Source of the DNA: Antedon mediterranea
Taxonomy: Eukaryota > Animalia > Echinodermata
Direction of reading: 5' to 3'
NCBI RefSeq assembly: GCF_964355755.1
Contig: NC_092675.1
Span: 26,384,912-26,448,911, forward strand
DNA: 64,000 nt
Each line of letters starts with the position of its first letter. Within the stretch, counting starts at the first letter, position 1. The notes under the pieces were generated by a model that was not told the origin of the DNA, did not search any database, and saw only the letters and a program-made list of their open reading frames with translations. The position numbers and the translations under genes are program-made. This document shows positions 22,943 to 38,100 of this stretch, one piece after another.

Positions 22943-23056
22943 TAGTGTTAAAATATATAATTCTCCACGATAAAGTATACTAAACTATTGTACAAGGAGG
23001 GGTTGTAATTTATTACTGTATTGTCTCACACACAGCAATCGCTACTCTTTAGTTAA

Positions 23057-23638
23057 AGGACACCTTCCCTACATTTTTTAGATCTAATTTAAGATCACAA
23101 ATTATATTTAAGGTAAAAATAATACTCTTATGGTCCTACTGCGATAACTTTTTTCGTCTTTAAATGGTTAAAAATGAGAAAAATAAGTTGATTCTAATAT
23201 TATAGCGGCCCGCTATAAATCTCAAAATGCATATTGCGCGCGGATTGATATTTTTGTTTTTCTTCTGTAATTCATCCACTTTTCGATCGATCGTGAGGCT
23301 AAAACAAATGGAAGACTCCTAACTTTTCAGCGAAAATACTGGGTTTTCCCCAATTTGTATTTGAGTCTGGCGAAAATAGAAAGACAATTAATTATGCAGC
23401 AACTATACAACGTCAGGCTAGGTATATAGCTAGCGTACGATGTTCGTACTTTACCGATGTTTACCAGCTAGCCCTACAAAACTAAGACTAGCTAGACGAG
23501 GCCTAAAGTCCGTTCACGAGAAGTCACTCGCCGCGAGCTACTTAATAGGTCAGTGCATTGTTTTTCACCTTTTATCATAATTTACCATAAAACGTACATT
23601 TAAGACAAGGAATGACTTGGTTTAATGTTAAAATGTCT
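23057..23638 (+). mobile_element. Kolobok-like non-autonomous element
   Basis: TTAA at 23053-23056 and 23639-23642; termini AGGACAC / TGTCT; CpG-rich interior; related to the 18407 copy. Confidence 0.7.
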
Positions 23639-25899
23639 TTAAGTATCTATCTGTTCTGAAAATATACAAATTACTACTAGAGTGTAATTTAGCAAATTCA
23701 TATTAAATAGTGATCAATATATCCACATTAACCTGTGGATTTAGATTCTATTCAAAATGCAATATGGAATATGGTGGTTGGTAAGGGTTATGCATGAATG
23801 AATTCAGGGTATTATGGGATAGAATTCAATATGTGTGTTTGTAATAATGAATTGACAATTGAAGGCAGAACCGATCGGAGTATGCTTGCTGATGAAACCA
23901 AGCTATTTAGAAGCAGAAGTGGTACGTATTTATATGAGTGTTCGTAATTATCAACCGATGTGATTTTATTACCTTCCATGTATTTTCGTAATTTATTTAA
24001 AAATTGATTTTAGTTTCCAGGTTATTTAGAAAAGAAATTAATTTACTCAGAATTCATATATAACTGTAATATATTAGTTGAGTTTTAGTTATAACTTCAA
24101 TTTTGATTAATAAATAATTAGGTTGTGATTTGGTAAATAATAATTATTTGTGTGCTACTATTTACTAGTGAAGTAAATATGGTGTGACTGCATATGATTA
24201 ATTTTGAAAGCTATTTTATACTGCAAATATGGTGAAATAATAATAATAAAAATATTATTCACCCAGCAATAAAAGGTAATTTATGTCAATTAATAGCAGC
24301 TTTACATTAGAGGTGATGAACATTGGTTTTATTGAGGTAAAATTTAGAGATATTTAGTTGATAATTACATAATGATATTTGCATGTCCTCTCACCACTAT
24401 CTCTGATTGAATCATCTTCACTCGTGATCAAGGGTTGTACTTTAAAAGTGCAAAATATTGTGTTTTGCAGCCCAAACAGTAAAGTTCTAAAATATTTAAC
24501 CTGAGCATCAGTGCTTAATTTTATAGTTAGCATTTTAGAAGGAGGTCTACTGAAGAACATGGTACAGCAGTATCATCAATAACACACCTAGTATATCCTG
24601 GTCATTTGATTGGTTATTACACATGTGCTTTACTGAAAAGATCTACGATAATGGTTCTAATGTATGTTTATCCATTTTTTCTCATATAATACATTCTTTT
24701 TTTATGGTACTGATGAATGTGATACAGTCGTAATCAGAATATAGGGTTTCCCCCAGGTTGTTTCAGCAATTGTTTGTATCGCAACGAAGGAAGACAGACA
24801 GCAGTAGGCCTGCTTTTCCTCACAAAAAGTACTGTATATGACGATTGTATTTGTAGGCCCTGGCCCATTTTGTCACAGTTAGGTATGTTTGTGTGAAATC
24901 CAATAGTAGCAACAACTGCTTTTGAGACTTAAATTTGGGACTTAATGTAAAGTCTAGTCTATGCCAGTTATAAAACAAGTATTAATGAATGATTTTTTGT
25001 ATTGTTGAATTAATTCCTTACAAGAAAAATTCAATTTTAATTTTGGATAGAATAAATATACACTCATGAAATATTTTCTCTCATTCAACTTTTATAAACA
25101 TACAGTTTTTAATTGTACTATAGCTCTCCCTCCCGATGTAACCTCAAAGTTTGAAAAACAAGTTAATTAATCTTAATTATAAGTTTCTTATGAAAAATAA
25201 TAAACATTTGGCTGCTTATCTATTGAATTGCAAACTATTTTCCAATAAGTCTTTCTTACAAAAATCAAATAATGTTATTGTGTATTATGATTATAAACCA
25301 GTGTTTAGAGATTAAAAATAGCCATACATGTCAAAGGAGTTAATTAATATAGTTTAGAAATTACTCCGCCCTGTAATAAATACTTGACTTTTATTATTAT
25401 GTAGGTTCCCTTAAATATAGATATTATTATAGTATACAGGATACATCATAAATTATCTTAATAATATAATACAGTAGTTTATACAGTAAGTCAATATGTT
25501 GTCAATAGAAAGCTCGTCATTTTGACAATAACATTTGTATTCTGTGGTTTGGTATTTTTATAGCAATGTGTAATAGGATGTTTGGTGCATAATTTCTCAC
25601 TAAAATATTATACTTGCCTGACTTGTAATATTATTACGTTGCCTGACTTGTAATATTATTACGTCACAGAAAATGCTTTTATATCTTCCGTTCCTATTAG
25701 AATATTAATGGGTTATGGTAAATTGTAGAAAGGTATCACACTTTCATTTTGTAGAGTTAATTAACTTTTTTTGTTTACAGCTGAAATTTGCTTATGGATC
25801 AATTGTTTTAACTTGTTAATAGCTATGTTTATATGATCTCAGAGTTAAATTGCGGTCTATCAGTATTATATTAGGATTAGCTTGTTCTGCGCAAAAACG

Positions 25900-26025
25900 C
25901 AATTTGATATGTCCCCATTGTAATTTGGTGAGAAGGTACTATCGATAATTAATACGTACACCACAAGCGCCTTGAGCACTTTGTGGATATGTGGGCTTTA
26001 TAAATCTTATTATCTTATCTTATCA
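25900..26025 (+). mobile_element. L2-like LINE/SINE 3' tail
   Basis: AAGCGCCTTGAGCAC...GGATATG..GCTTTATAAAT followed by (TCTTA)n tail. Confidence 0.5.
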
Positions 26026-29000
26026 CTGTAGATGGAAAATCAAATTTTACCATGAAGTAATTGCGTAAAAAGGTGTTTTTTTTCATTTCTGTCATCTAAA
26101 AAAAAGTAAAGGAGTCATTTGAGGGTCTCTCACATTAGGTCAATACCTCTGAAACCTATCAAAGTTAATCATACACATCACAGTTTTGTTGGAGTTAATG
26201 GCACAGAGTAATAACTGATCACATGAACACTTTACGCAAGTTTTAACTTGGATATGATTTGGATCAGTTTACAGTTAAAGTAGTTTAAATTGTTAGGCGA
26301 GTTTGAATGAGGACCAGATAACCTCATTGATGTACTAAATGTTATTTGTGGTTTTAATGTCCAACAATATTGTTCTAGGATGCAATAGTTTTCAGTGGGT
26401 GGATAGTTTGCTTTGTGTTTAAAGTGCACACACTTCTTTTGATAAGAACTCACAATAAGTGTGATAGAGAGTACTAGTACTGTAGTAACAATTGGTGACA
26501 CTTACACAGTTTGTTTTATGCTTTCAATCAATGTATTAATAGTTCTTGATTATTATTATAAACATAATTTGTCTACCATTTTAAGTAACATTTATAAATT
26601 ATTATGAGCCACATTTATATGAGGCGGTGAAAGGTTTATAAAGTTATTTATATGCGCATTCCCTTTTGATATTGTATTTTTAGTATTAAATTTTACGTAA
26701 TCATTACTGTGGCGCACAGCTTATATTTTGTTTTTGGAAGTGAAAATCCTTTTGGCTGGATTAAACCAGGATTACAGTTTAGTTTTAAGATAACTAAAGA
26801 GATTTACAGTATGTAATAAAGATTAAATACACCATGCATCCTGTCCTATCCTCCATGTGTGTCCCTATCTTTATTCCTGGAACCTGGGAGGGGGAGGTTA
26901 TTGCTTCATGCTATTTAGCATTTTTAGTCTCATCCATATGTAGAATTATTAAATCCGAAATTAGGCCTACAATTTTTTTTTCTATAATTAATTATAATTT
27001 TGTTAAATGGATTATTAATAAATTATAATTTAAAGTTACCGGTACTTTTTATTAAATTATTAGGATATTTTGATTCCACATCAAAGTTCACTCATTATTA
27101 TCATCGTTTAAACAATCGGTTTAGTTGGTTGCTTGAGTGTTGACTGAGTTGTAAAAACCTTTAGAATTTTGACATTGTAAAGTATTTAAACCAATACAGG
27201 AAAGACTTGAGGAAGCACTTGGTGTATAATATGGTAATAGTCTTTTGAATGGTCTGGTTAAGTAAACATAATAATATTTAAAACACTTTCATGAATTGGC
27301 CACTCAGAACTTTATCTGTAAGGTCAGTTTTAAGCTGGTATTTGTTAATTCAGATTATGTTGTTTTTGGCTTTAGCTTTACAATCTATGCATTTAATCTA
27401 GGTTTTTGATATGCTTTTCCTTTTCATATTAAAATGTTTTTATTGGATTTTAATAATGAATTAGCATGATATAATTAGGTTTATGAGTTGATAAATAATT
27501 AATTTAAATTTAAAAGACTCACAGTAGTTTCTATCCATCAGTGTATGTTCAATTATAATACTCTACTTTAGACAAAATACCTGTTTTTAACTTGCTACTG
27601 TATGTGCACGTTGTTAAAGCAGTTCATCTAGATACAAAGATGATGTGTACATTTACAATCTATACTAGTTGATTAGGGCTAAGAGTATTTACATTGTAAC
27701 TTCAATCTGTGACTATAAATCTAAATACTCCACTACAGGTAAATGAATTCAGAATGGAAGGTATCATTCTATTTAGTTTAAAAGAATGATACGGACATTG
27801 CTTTATTCCATGTAAACAAATTAGTAAAGTACCTGTACCACTAAAAATAGATCTCACTTTCCATATTGACAGTATAGTATAATATTTAACTTAGAAGCTG
27901 TACTGATACAATTTTTTTTCGATAATATCCAACTCCATCAAGCACTTTAACAACTTTACACTAGCAACTTTAGGGTATTAGATCTATTATGAAGTTTTGT
28001 ATCGCAAGCATAGTTGCAATCTTCAGTGCGATAGAGGTGGCTTCCACCAAAATACTTTCCTGGTCCTAAGTTTTACTTGTACATATGACATGTACAACAT
28101 ATGATTATGGTGTATATTATGATAAAGCATCACTCTGTAACAGGCCCGTATTCAAAGTACTGTATGTAGATAAAATATGTGAGTTTCAAAAGTTGTCTGT
28201 AAGTAATTTCAGGAAGCATAGCCATTTTATACAACTGTAAAAAAGTACCAATACATTATACCATATTAATTAGCTATTTCAGTTATAGTTACACCACATA
28301 GATTTGAAATTTGCTTGTTCATAATCTTCTGTTGCAAACTAACTAGCTTTACAGGTAATCTGTTTTAAATAAGAAAATAATTAAACGATGAGTTTGTGAA
28401 CAGATTCAAAACACATTGGGAGGATATCCTTTCTTATTTATTGACCTACAGTACATACACCTGTGAATGTGAATCATTTACTTTTGGGTCCTGTTTCTGC
28501 TGCCAAAAACCCCATTTAGGCTGTCCAAATTGTTTGAATCAATTTTAGACGAGCAGCAATCAACCCAAAGCACAGACCCTAAAATTATTAATCATCGGCC
28601 CTAGGCCTGCCCAAATCATAAGAGTAAAGAGGCCTCACTGTACAGTATGCTGTGATAAAGTGTGTAGACTATACCATTAATAATGTAGGGATGTTCTTTA
28701 CAGTTTTCAGTCAAGAGAAGAGTTTTTAAATCGGTCGAATTAGCATTGTTGCTCCGTGATCCAAACCTATATATGAAATAAGCCACATATCAGTCTAAGA
28801 CATCCTTGTTTGTGGCTTTTTTGCTTTTCTACGACGTCAATGCAATTTGTTTTAATATCCTTGTTTATTTCATAACGAGCTACTTGGCATTATCAGTAAT
28901 TATGCATGCATGAAATTTCCACTCATAAATTCATGCATTAGATGAAATTTCTTAAAATGGAATTTTGCATAATCACACTCAATATATTGCAGCAAAGTAT

Positions 29001-30719
29001 AATTTGGAATAAATGAATAACTCAAGTAATGTAGTTGTTTCATTTCTTGTTTATAATTGTCTTGTCAAAAAATGAATGAAGCTATTAATTATAATTAAAA
29101 TTGAAAAATTAATTTTTGAAAAATAGTATGTTTGAAAATTGTTTGTATATTTAAAAAAAAATTGTTTAATAAAATTATGTCATATTTTACGTGGTTCAGA
29201 GTATATTTTATCCATTTCTGTGTTTTAATTTTTTTCAAGAACATTTAATATTTCAATAATTGCAATATAAACATAAACAATACATATTATATAATAAGAC
29301 ATTTTAAGAATTAAAGACCATTAATAGTTTTTTTGACAAAAACAATGTTTCTTGACACATGCAAGATCCCAAAGAAGATAACAGCAGCAAATGAAAAACA
29401 ACTAATTTAATTAGTAATATAATTTAATACAAATCAAACCAAATAATAAAGTTACATACTGTAGTTATTCAATAAATTTATTTAAATTTATATTATATTT
29501 TATATATTTTCTAATTTATTATTAATGAAGCCTATTTTGTGCCCACAGTACTTTACCTGCATAAACTGGGCCACTGAAAAAGGCAAAGGAAAATTACCGA
29601 CAAAAAAAACTTCAGTGACTAGATTTCCTTTTCATTATTTTTTATTTATTATATACTATAGTAAATGTAATAAATGTATCTTGATAATTAATATTCAAAG
29701 TATCTTCATTTTATGCATTGTTTGACATTTGTAACTGCATTTTGAAACTTAATTCCATATATTGTATTAAATATTACATTATGACGGATATAAATAAAGC
29801 CTGCTTTGAATTGCAAATTGCTCAGAATATTATAAAACAGGCATTTTCCCTATAACAACATCCTACTGATCAATATTGCCTCTAGGATCGCATTTACCTC
29901 AATCATAAAATGAAGTTTACCTTTACCTATATTATAATCATTAATTTAAAAGACCTTGCTATATGCTAATGCATAGGTAGGATGCAACTCAAATTAGACA
30001 CAATTTTATGAATGACAATAAATTATATACTATTGTATTTTTATGGAAATAGAGGAAATTAAACAGCCCATTGATTAAACTGCTGAATATATGTGTAGTG
30101 ATAAAAATGAGAAACTATAGACTGAATATAGTCATACTAGTGTTCCAAACCAATATTTCCGGGCAGGCTCAATGTACCAAGAAAGTGGTCAAATGATTTA
30201 GGCAGTCTGCATATCAAAACAGAAGAGTGTGGGTTTAAATCTTGGTACGATTTACACATATGTCTTGTTTTGCTATACTGTTTAACATGTTTTCAATTCA
30301 AATTTTAATATTAGTATTTGTTTCAACAATTTTTGTTTGATTCTAAGAAACAGGTAGTGAAAAATAGTTTTAATTTTGTTTTTTATTTTTGTTCATAAAT
30401 ATTGAAAATCATAAAGGTGTAATACTAAAAGCAGGTGAAAATCATGAAAGTTCAATTACTTTAATTAAATCCCTTGATCACTATTAAAATATTTATTATG
30501 TCATGAAGAAAATTATTAAAACATTAATTTAAGAACACACCCACATTTTGACAGTTATGATTTTAAATTAACTACAATTTTTAATGACTAATGAATAGAA
30601 AAATAAATATTTAACAGTTACATATTTATTTAATAAATCATCAATTTACTCTTAACATTTTAAGCTAAATTTGTTTATGTATGTTTATCGTATTCATTCA
30701 TGTTATTTCTAGTATTTTG

Positions 30720-31047
30720 TTCATGCAATGAGGCCGTCCCTGAATTGCCTTATTAGCCACACCTGTTGTGAAGGCGGTCCCTAAATCTGCCTCCATCAGC
30801 CTGTGCTCTTTGCATTGATATTATATTTACAATGGTTTGCTCATGTGCAGGTAATCTGTGTTCAGAATTAGCATACGACCCTTGTGCCGGTATTTAGGTA
30901 AATAGAATTATTGTTGCAAGTGATGTTGTGAAGTGATTGTGTAGGAGGTGGAGCGTGGCAAATCACATTTAATTCATTTCTAACAGCTACTAGAGTTTTA
31001 TAAAGACATTAGTTGGATTAAACATCACACTGTATAGCAGTATAAAG
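30720..31047 (+). promoter_or_regulatory. Candidate alternative promoter / non-coding first exon
   Basis: GC-elevated unique block ending in strong donor AAG|GTGAGT at 31048. Inference. Confidence 0.35.
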
Positions 31048-31409
31048 GTGAGTTTCTCTTGGAAACATTTTTTTTTTTATAAAGCAACATCATCATTAGG
31101 GCTCCTCCTCTTCTTGGATGTGCATGTATCCACTAATTAAAAGCATACACTGAGCTTCAGAAGCTTAATGTTATGTTTCCTGAACCAGTAGGATGATGCT
31201 GTCTGAGGATGATAAATAGTTTCATTTCCATTTGACACATCTTCACTGTTATCCCAGGAACTTGGAAGACCTTATTCATCAGTTGACATATAAAATAACA
31301 ACATGCATCAACCATTATTCTTCTATTCACTGTACCACCACAGGATAAGAAAAGGGAAACATCAGGACATTTAAATGGATTATAGGCCTAATAACATTGT
31401 ACTGTATTT

Positions 31410-31592
31410 AACTTCAATTCAATTCTTATTTATAATGTGCCGAATTCTTTCCAAAAAGATAAATTCTAAGGCGCAACACCAGAACCGCTAGCACTCGTAA
31501 ATTTGTTGAAAATAAATATGATTTCAGATGCCTTTTAAACAAGTGTGTAGATTTTGATTTCCTGATGGTAATCAGAAGAGTGTTCCATAGAA
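31410..31592 (-). mobile_element. L2/CR1-group LINE 3' end fragment
   Basis: Minus strand reads VLWNTLLITIRKSKSTHLFKRHLKSYLF (LWNxLP..FK..LK.xLF-type ORF2 end), then GCGCCTTAG...ATTATAAATAA and a GAATT repeat tail. Confidence 0.68.
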
Positions 31593-34205
31593 CAAATTTT
31601 ATTTTTCTGTATTAGATTGAATGGTTGTTAAAATTCATGACATGTGAATGCCTCATACTGTAGGCCCAACTGGCCAATTTTGGCCAGAAAATTGACACAT
31701 TAAATTCCTGCCTAACCTGTGTCATTGGAAAAGGAAAAAAAGACATTATCATAGAAATAAAGGTTCTGCAGATGTCAAACCAATCGACAAGCTAACATTT
31801 CCAATACTGATGAAAATGTAATGAAGGTGCACTTTAATAATTTACATAGACGGATGTGCTTTCTTTAGTACTATAATTTCCCATGGGTTTCTAAATGTTA
31901 TTCAAATCTTTCACACAGTGCAAGTATATCAGAATTATGCATCTGAATAATTTGATAGATAAACATAATCACACCATATTGGATGGTCATTGAATAATGG
32001 TCATAGAATAATGGTCATTGAGTAATGTGTATACAGTAGCCACCTTGGTCCTAATAATCAATACGCTACTACCTAGTTTATCACAAGGCATACTGTACAA
32101 GAAAGGTCACTGAATGTATAATTTTTAAAATGTTGTATTTAAGTTCGTTTTTTTGTAATACTGGGGTTAAAAGAACCATTGGTTACTCCCAATTTTGGTG
32201 TGTTAGTCACTAATGTAAAATGTTACGTTCAGGCCCTAATCCCCGGATTCTTTTTTCATAAAGTTATGGTTTTTACTTCACACTTTTGGTAAGAGGAACA
32301 CTTTTAAATTGTGTTATTCTCTTATGTGAACCACATAAAAGATATCAAAATAAACTGCATCTCACTTTTGAAGTGTGATTCAAGAGATTCAAGATTCAAT
32401 TATTGTCACATAATATTACATACATGATATTTGTTTTCCTGAGCTTAGAATCATACAATACAATTTAAAACACACTATATATTGGTGAATAAGATAACTA
32501 TACTCCATATACTATTGTCAGAGAAACTTTGTAACTATCATAGATGAGTAGGAGTACAAAATGATGAAGATACAAATTAAAATCATGCAAATTAATTATA
32601 GTCTTTCTCAAAATAGGATACGTTATTGCTTCTTTCATAATTGGATTGTTCACTTTAATGTTGGTTCCAGAAAGAGATCAATTCCAACTTGTAAAACACA
32701 TTTCAAATTAGACCATCCGTCAATATGTCATAATATATCTCAATAATTTATTTGAAGCACCAAACCGAAATAACTGTTAATCTTTCTGGCAATTTGAAAA
32801 TAATTAATTTAAAGTTCTATTCAAACTAAATACTGAACAGCTATTATACTTTTGATGTGTTTTGTATTCGTAATGGAATAGAAGTTGCTACGGAATTTTT
32901 CTTTTTCTGGTTATTCCAGTATTTTATAATAGAATATTAATGTGGCAACGATGTTTCGGGGAAAAATAGATTAACTGTTATTGCTAATTTTCATGGCAAA
33001 TTGAAATTGTTCTTTAATGTCAAATGTAGTCTGTCTGACTGGCTGGCTATCTGAGTACCTTAATGATAAATACATCAAGTTGTTCTTAAATTAGGATCCA
33101 TAAATATGAATTTAGTTATTATGAGTTGGAGTGTAATTTGTTGAGTTGTTGAGATTTCAGAGATCAAAATCCCTTTTGGAAAGCCATAAAACTTTTTGTG
33201 CTGTCATTGCAGCACATGTCTACTCCCAATGATCATATTTCTCAAACCTGGGATTTTCCCAAGGTGTCAAATGCTCAGTCAACCATGACACGATTGACAC
33301 TTCAACACCCAAAACAAAAACAATATCTTTTGATGACCTTCAAAGGTGCCAGTGAGTGACACCAGGCCAGTTTACTTTTTAAGTAACAAACATTACTAAT
33401 GCACAATGTAGAATTGAATTATTACAAGATACAGAACCCCTTCCACTTTCCACACATATTGAAACGGCTCCTAATATATCAATTAATCAATGTTTATGTC
33501 AAATTCTTGACAAAACAATTTGTATGGCAATAAAACAAAATCCAAAAATCTGACCCTTTATCATAAAATGAAACAATATACAGCTGAGCAATAGCATTCC
33601 ATTGCCTTGTGTTGAGAAAGTTTGTAATTCTATGTTCAATGTTCATATCATGTCATGCAAATCATTGCCAGTTTCTGATACAGAGCAAATTAATGGGTGC
33701 TCATCGATCAACAACATTTTGATGTTTACAATCGTTATTTTCAGGCTGTAGTTATTTTACATTTGTCCCATTTTGGCTGTTACACAGTAGTAGACCAGTG
33801 GGCGTTTCTGTCTTTAAACTAGATACAGTAGATAATTCAAGCTGTATATGTATGAAACACTGTGTGTGCCAAAATATGTATATTGTTAACAATAACTAGT
33901 GAATTGCCATCTAGAACCTAATAATAGCTCATTGTAAGTGTTTTTTAATCCAATGTTCTCAGAAGAAGCTAGGATACAGTTAAACTTAGCCAAAGATTGT
34001 GAACAGATGTATTTCCATTTGTTACAATATGGACATGGTATTTCATTTGACATTTTCGCAGTACTATATTATTAATAGTACTTTATAGGTTAAAGTTCAT
34101 GTGAGTTATCCTATCATTTTCTAGGAAATTATCAGAGTTATTAAAAAATGTGACTTTTTCCAGATTGGATTATAGATTTTAAGAGTAAAATATATGGTAA
34201 ACATT

Positions 34206-35102
34206 AGACTTGCCCCAAGTCTGTATTGTATTTTTTTTTATTTATTTGTTTTTATTTCGACTGCGATTTTTGTCTGAAAATACAGACTTGTGAAACACGT
34301 ATAGAAATCGATTTGCAGACCGCAAACATCCGATAAGAATGACGTAGGTTATCATACCGTATTTGGCTATATGGGGCGGGCGGTATGTAAATATGGATTT
34401 CGAATTTACCAATGATCAGTTTGTTTCAAAATGAAAAAGATCGAGTACGTACAGTGCTGAATGTACGATCGAGACTGTTGAAATATGAAATCGTGTTGCC
34501 AAGTTGTTTTGTTTATTAATTGTTTAGTCCTTAGCCTAGGCCTAATTCGTAGATCCTACTCGGCTCGCACGTATGACCTGCCAAATAAAACGCCAATAAG
34601 GTAGGCCTACATACCACCACCGGCACACAACAGGATTCACACACAACAGACAGGGCTACACCACTACACAGAACAGGACAGGGTCTGGGTGGGAATTAAA
34701 TCAAATTATCTCCGCGTAATATTAAATGATCCATATAAAATCCTTTCTAGCCTTCAGAAACTTTCATCAATGTACCCATGGAGGAAAATTTCCTCCATGA
34801 TGTATCCAAGTACACATTACGTAACATAGCGCATGCGTACCATCTTATTTGTTGAGTCTTTGAAATTCTGAAATATGAATAATAAAACGGTGTATGAGTG
34901 AGTAGCCAATCGCATGCAGCTGAAATTAGTCAACCGGATAATCTATGCACCAAGAATTCTTGGTGTCAAACCACGTGACTTTTGCGTGTTTCCCCAGACG
35001 GAGTATCCAAACTCAAGTAATACACGTATGAAACGCCATATGTGCAAAAATATTTATATTTTTACTAATATTAAGAAAAAACTCCGTCTGGAGCCCAGAC
35101 TA
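34206..35102. mobile_element. Probable DNA-transposon remnant (CpG-rich island with TAG..CTA ends)
   Basis: Right end CCGTCTGGAGCCCAGACTA only weakly matches left TAGACTTGCCCCAAGTCTG; no TSD found; could instead be a promoter. Confidence 0.3.
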
Positions 35103-38100
35103 GGTAAACATCTGCCTCTCATGTACAGTATGTTGAATTTTAATTGTAAAGTGAGTTTAATGGTTTTTATGTTTTCAAAAGCTCATGCCAAGAAACACAG
35201 CGTGGTTCCTGTATTCATAATACTGCATTCATGATATATCCATCAATGCACTTAATTTAATGATATTGATTATGTAACCTTTCCTATAGCTGAATTACAA
35301 TTGTAAAAGGTCGGCTTGTTCTTGTGGTGCTTCACAAAATCTCTGGCAAAGATGTTTGGATTCCTTTTGCCACTAAGTTCATTATGATACGATCTCTACG
35401 ATGGCTTTTTCTCATTCTCACAAATTTTCGTCATCTTCGCCATGTACTGTACTCACTGTATAAATTAATTAATTTTTTAATCAATCAGTATGATATCACT
35501 AAAGCAGTTTTCTATGCCTGTGTAAATTATATGTACAATTTAATATTATCGTATCTTTGGGCACAATGTCTTATATTACATGTACCTACAGTAGGCCTAG
35601 TATTTTTTTAAATTTTAAAATAGAATTTGAATTTAGTTTTTATTAACTTAAATTATTGTTCACTGGATGCACCACTAGTAGTAATTTGGTCTTAAGTTAG
35701 TTCTCAGGCTAGTTTCAAAATGTTACTATCCTATTTTTATACAAATTTCTTGCTGTAAAAAAGTGTAAATATTTATTTCAGTCTTTTATTTGTTCATATT
35801 TTTATGGTGTACTGTGATAGTATCCGATGGCATATGTAAATCAGTAGTTTGAACGGACGTTGAACATGTAAAGAACCTGTATCTCTCTTTCCAAACAGCT
35901 ATCCAAACTATCACATTATTTAGTAGGTCTTGTTGACTTTGTCTGCACCATTATTTACTTTGCATAGGCACTGTTGTAAGATCCTTACAATAAGCAGGTT
36001 GTGTGAGTTACATTTCTTCCGGCTTCGATCAGCATTCATGAATACACCTGCTAATTAGAATTACAGAAAATGTCAGAGGTAAGACTTGATAATTAAGGTA
36101 ATCAGACTAATTACTGTAGGAAACATTTGTTTATGTACTGTATATTTATTAACGATATTACTGTACAATAAAACTGCAAAGGCCAATGTACAATATGCAG
36201 TATTGAACTTTATCCAGTGATCATTTCAGACCCATTTTAGGTCTACACTCTACTAGAGTACTGTAGTAGTAGAATACAGCATTCTTTGTCAAACACAATA
36301 CACAATTGTCTTTACCACCAGTCTATTTTTGTCATCAGTCTGTAGCCATTATCTTCTAAACAATAGAATATAACAAGTGAATCTTTTGTTAATTTTTTAC
36401 TGTTAGCATTGCATAGATTTACATCCATTGTTTTTGCTAAACCTCTGTTGCCACTGGTCCAGTCAACTACTGTATCTCTGTTATATAACTGAATTAAATA
36501 CAGCTTTTATTATGAGTAGAATTATTCCTGTTTAAATCCAGATAAATCCAGAGATAGTGAAATACATTATATTCTCTTTATGGCCCTACCTTTGCCTCAT
36601 TTCATCAATCTATACCATACCATAATATATAATATATTATAATTTGATTACCCATTTCTGCTGAAATTACTTTGTGCAAGGACTGTTAAAAATGTGGCTA
36701 ATTTCAATACCCAAAATTCACTTCGTGAGTCGGACGTATGATATGCACAATAAACCTTGTGTCATAAGTACACAATACGGTATATTGGAATATAGCATCC
36801 GCAAACGATCAAGAATACGGTATATTCTCATGAGACCCGTATAGAAAATTTACCATTATGTTATATTCTTGGCCACAGAAACATGGCCTATTGGAGCAGC
36901 TACTGTACCTAGTAGAGTGTGTATGGATTATAACACTCTACTATCACAGCAAGATCTATTATTATATGTCTAGACTATTGTAGCCCAGTATAGCAATTGG
37001 AGGCCACCAAGTTAATTTCATGGGTTTTGAATATTCTATATTTTTATCCATGAAATACATATATCCTTTTAATATACTGGAAATATAAGGCACGTACATT
37101 TAGCAATTCATCAAAACAGGAACATTCCTCAAGGATTATTGAATGAACAATATGACTCATCTCATAGTTTGTAGATGAATGAAACTTGTTGTTTGTGCCA
37201 AAAAATTCTATAGAATTTTGATGTTTACATAAATTCAAAGTGAAAATCATAGTAAGTTTTGTAAAATGTTTACTGTACCTTACTATTGAAATCCCTTGAT
37301 CTTATTTTGGAATAATATATAGAGAATAATCTAAAAATAAATGTATATATACAGTAGTCAGTAGTTCTAGCCTTGCTTGGTTAGAAATTTCATTTGAGCA
37401 GCACAAAATAACCTTCACATAATGTAAGGTAGATTGGGAGTTGGCTAGATTACTCCGAGTCCTAGACATTTAACCTGGTATTTATGCCTGGGCATTTGTA
37501 CGTTGATGACTTAATGAATGTACAGTACCTGGTATGGCAAATTTTAAATACTGTGCATTACAGTAATATTCAAATGTTAAACAAAAGACAGCCCTGTGTG
37601 AATGACATCCATCTAGTGGAGTCTTTTCAACCACCTGCTGAAGATGACACAAAGTGTATATTATAGTCATACTGGTCTTTGTAATATCAAATTAGATTTC
37701 TGGTGTTTTGTTCAGCAGATCTAGATCAGAGTTTTTAATAGCATTTTGTTGTGCCAAGTCCAGGCAATGTGAAGATAGCCATTCTGTAGCTTACTGGTTA
37801 CAAAACTATTTTGTACTTTAAAAAGAAAACAAATATATAAATACATGTAGTGCAATGTTTAATTTACTTGTTATAATTTTATCCGATCTTGTTTGGATCC
37901 ATAAATAAGTACAGTTTTTAGTTAAAATATCAATGGAATGGAAATTTACAGTATCAGCAAACAGCAAAATAAAACACATAACAAAGTTTGTGAAATGATT
38001 ATTAACACACCATACTGTAGCTGAGAATTAACTTCCTCCTTCTTGATGGTACCACTTGGGACAGGGTTTACCTAGGCAACCCACCCTAATGTAAATCTTC

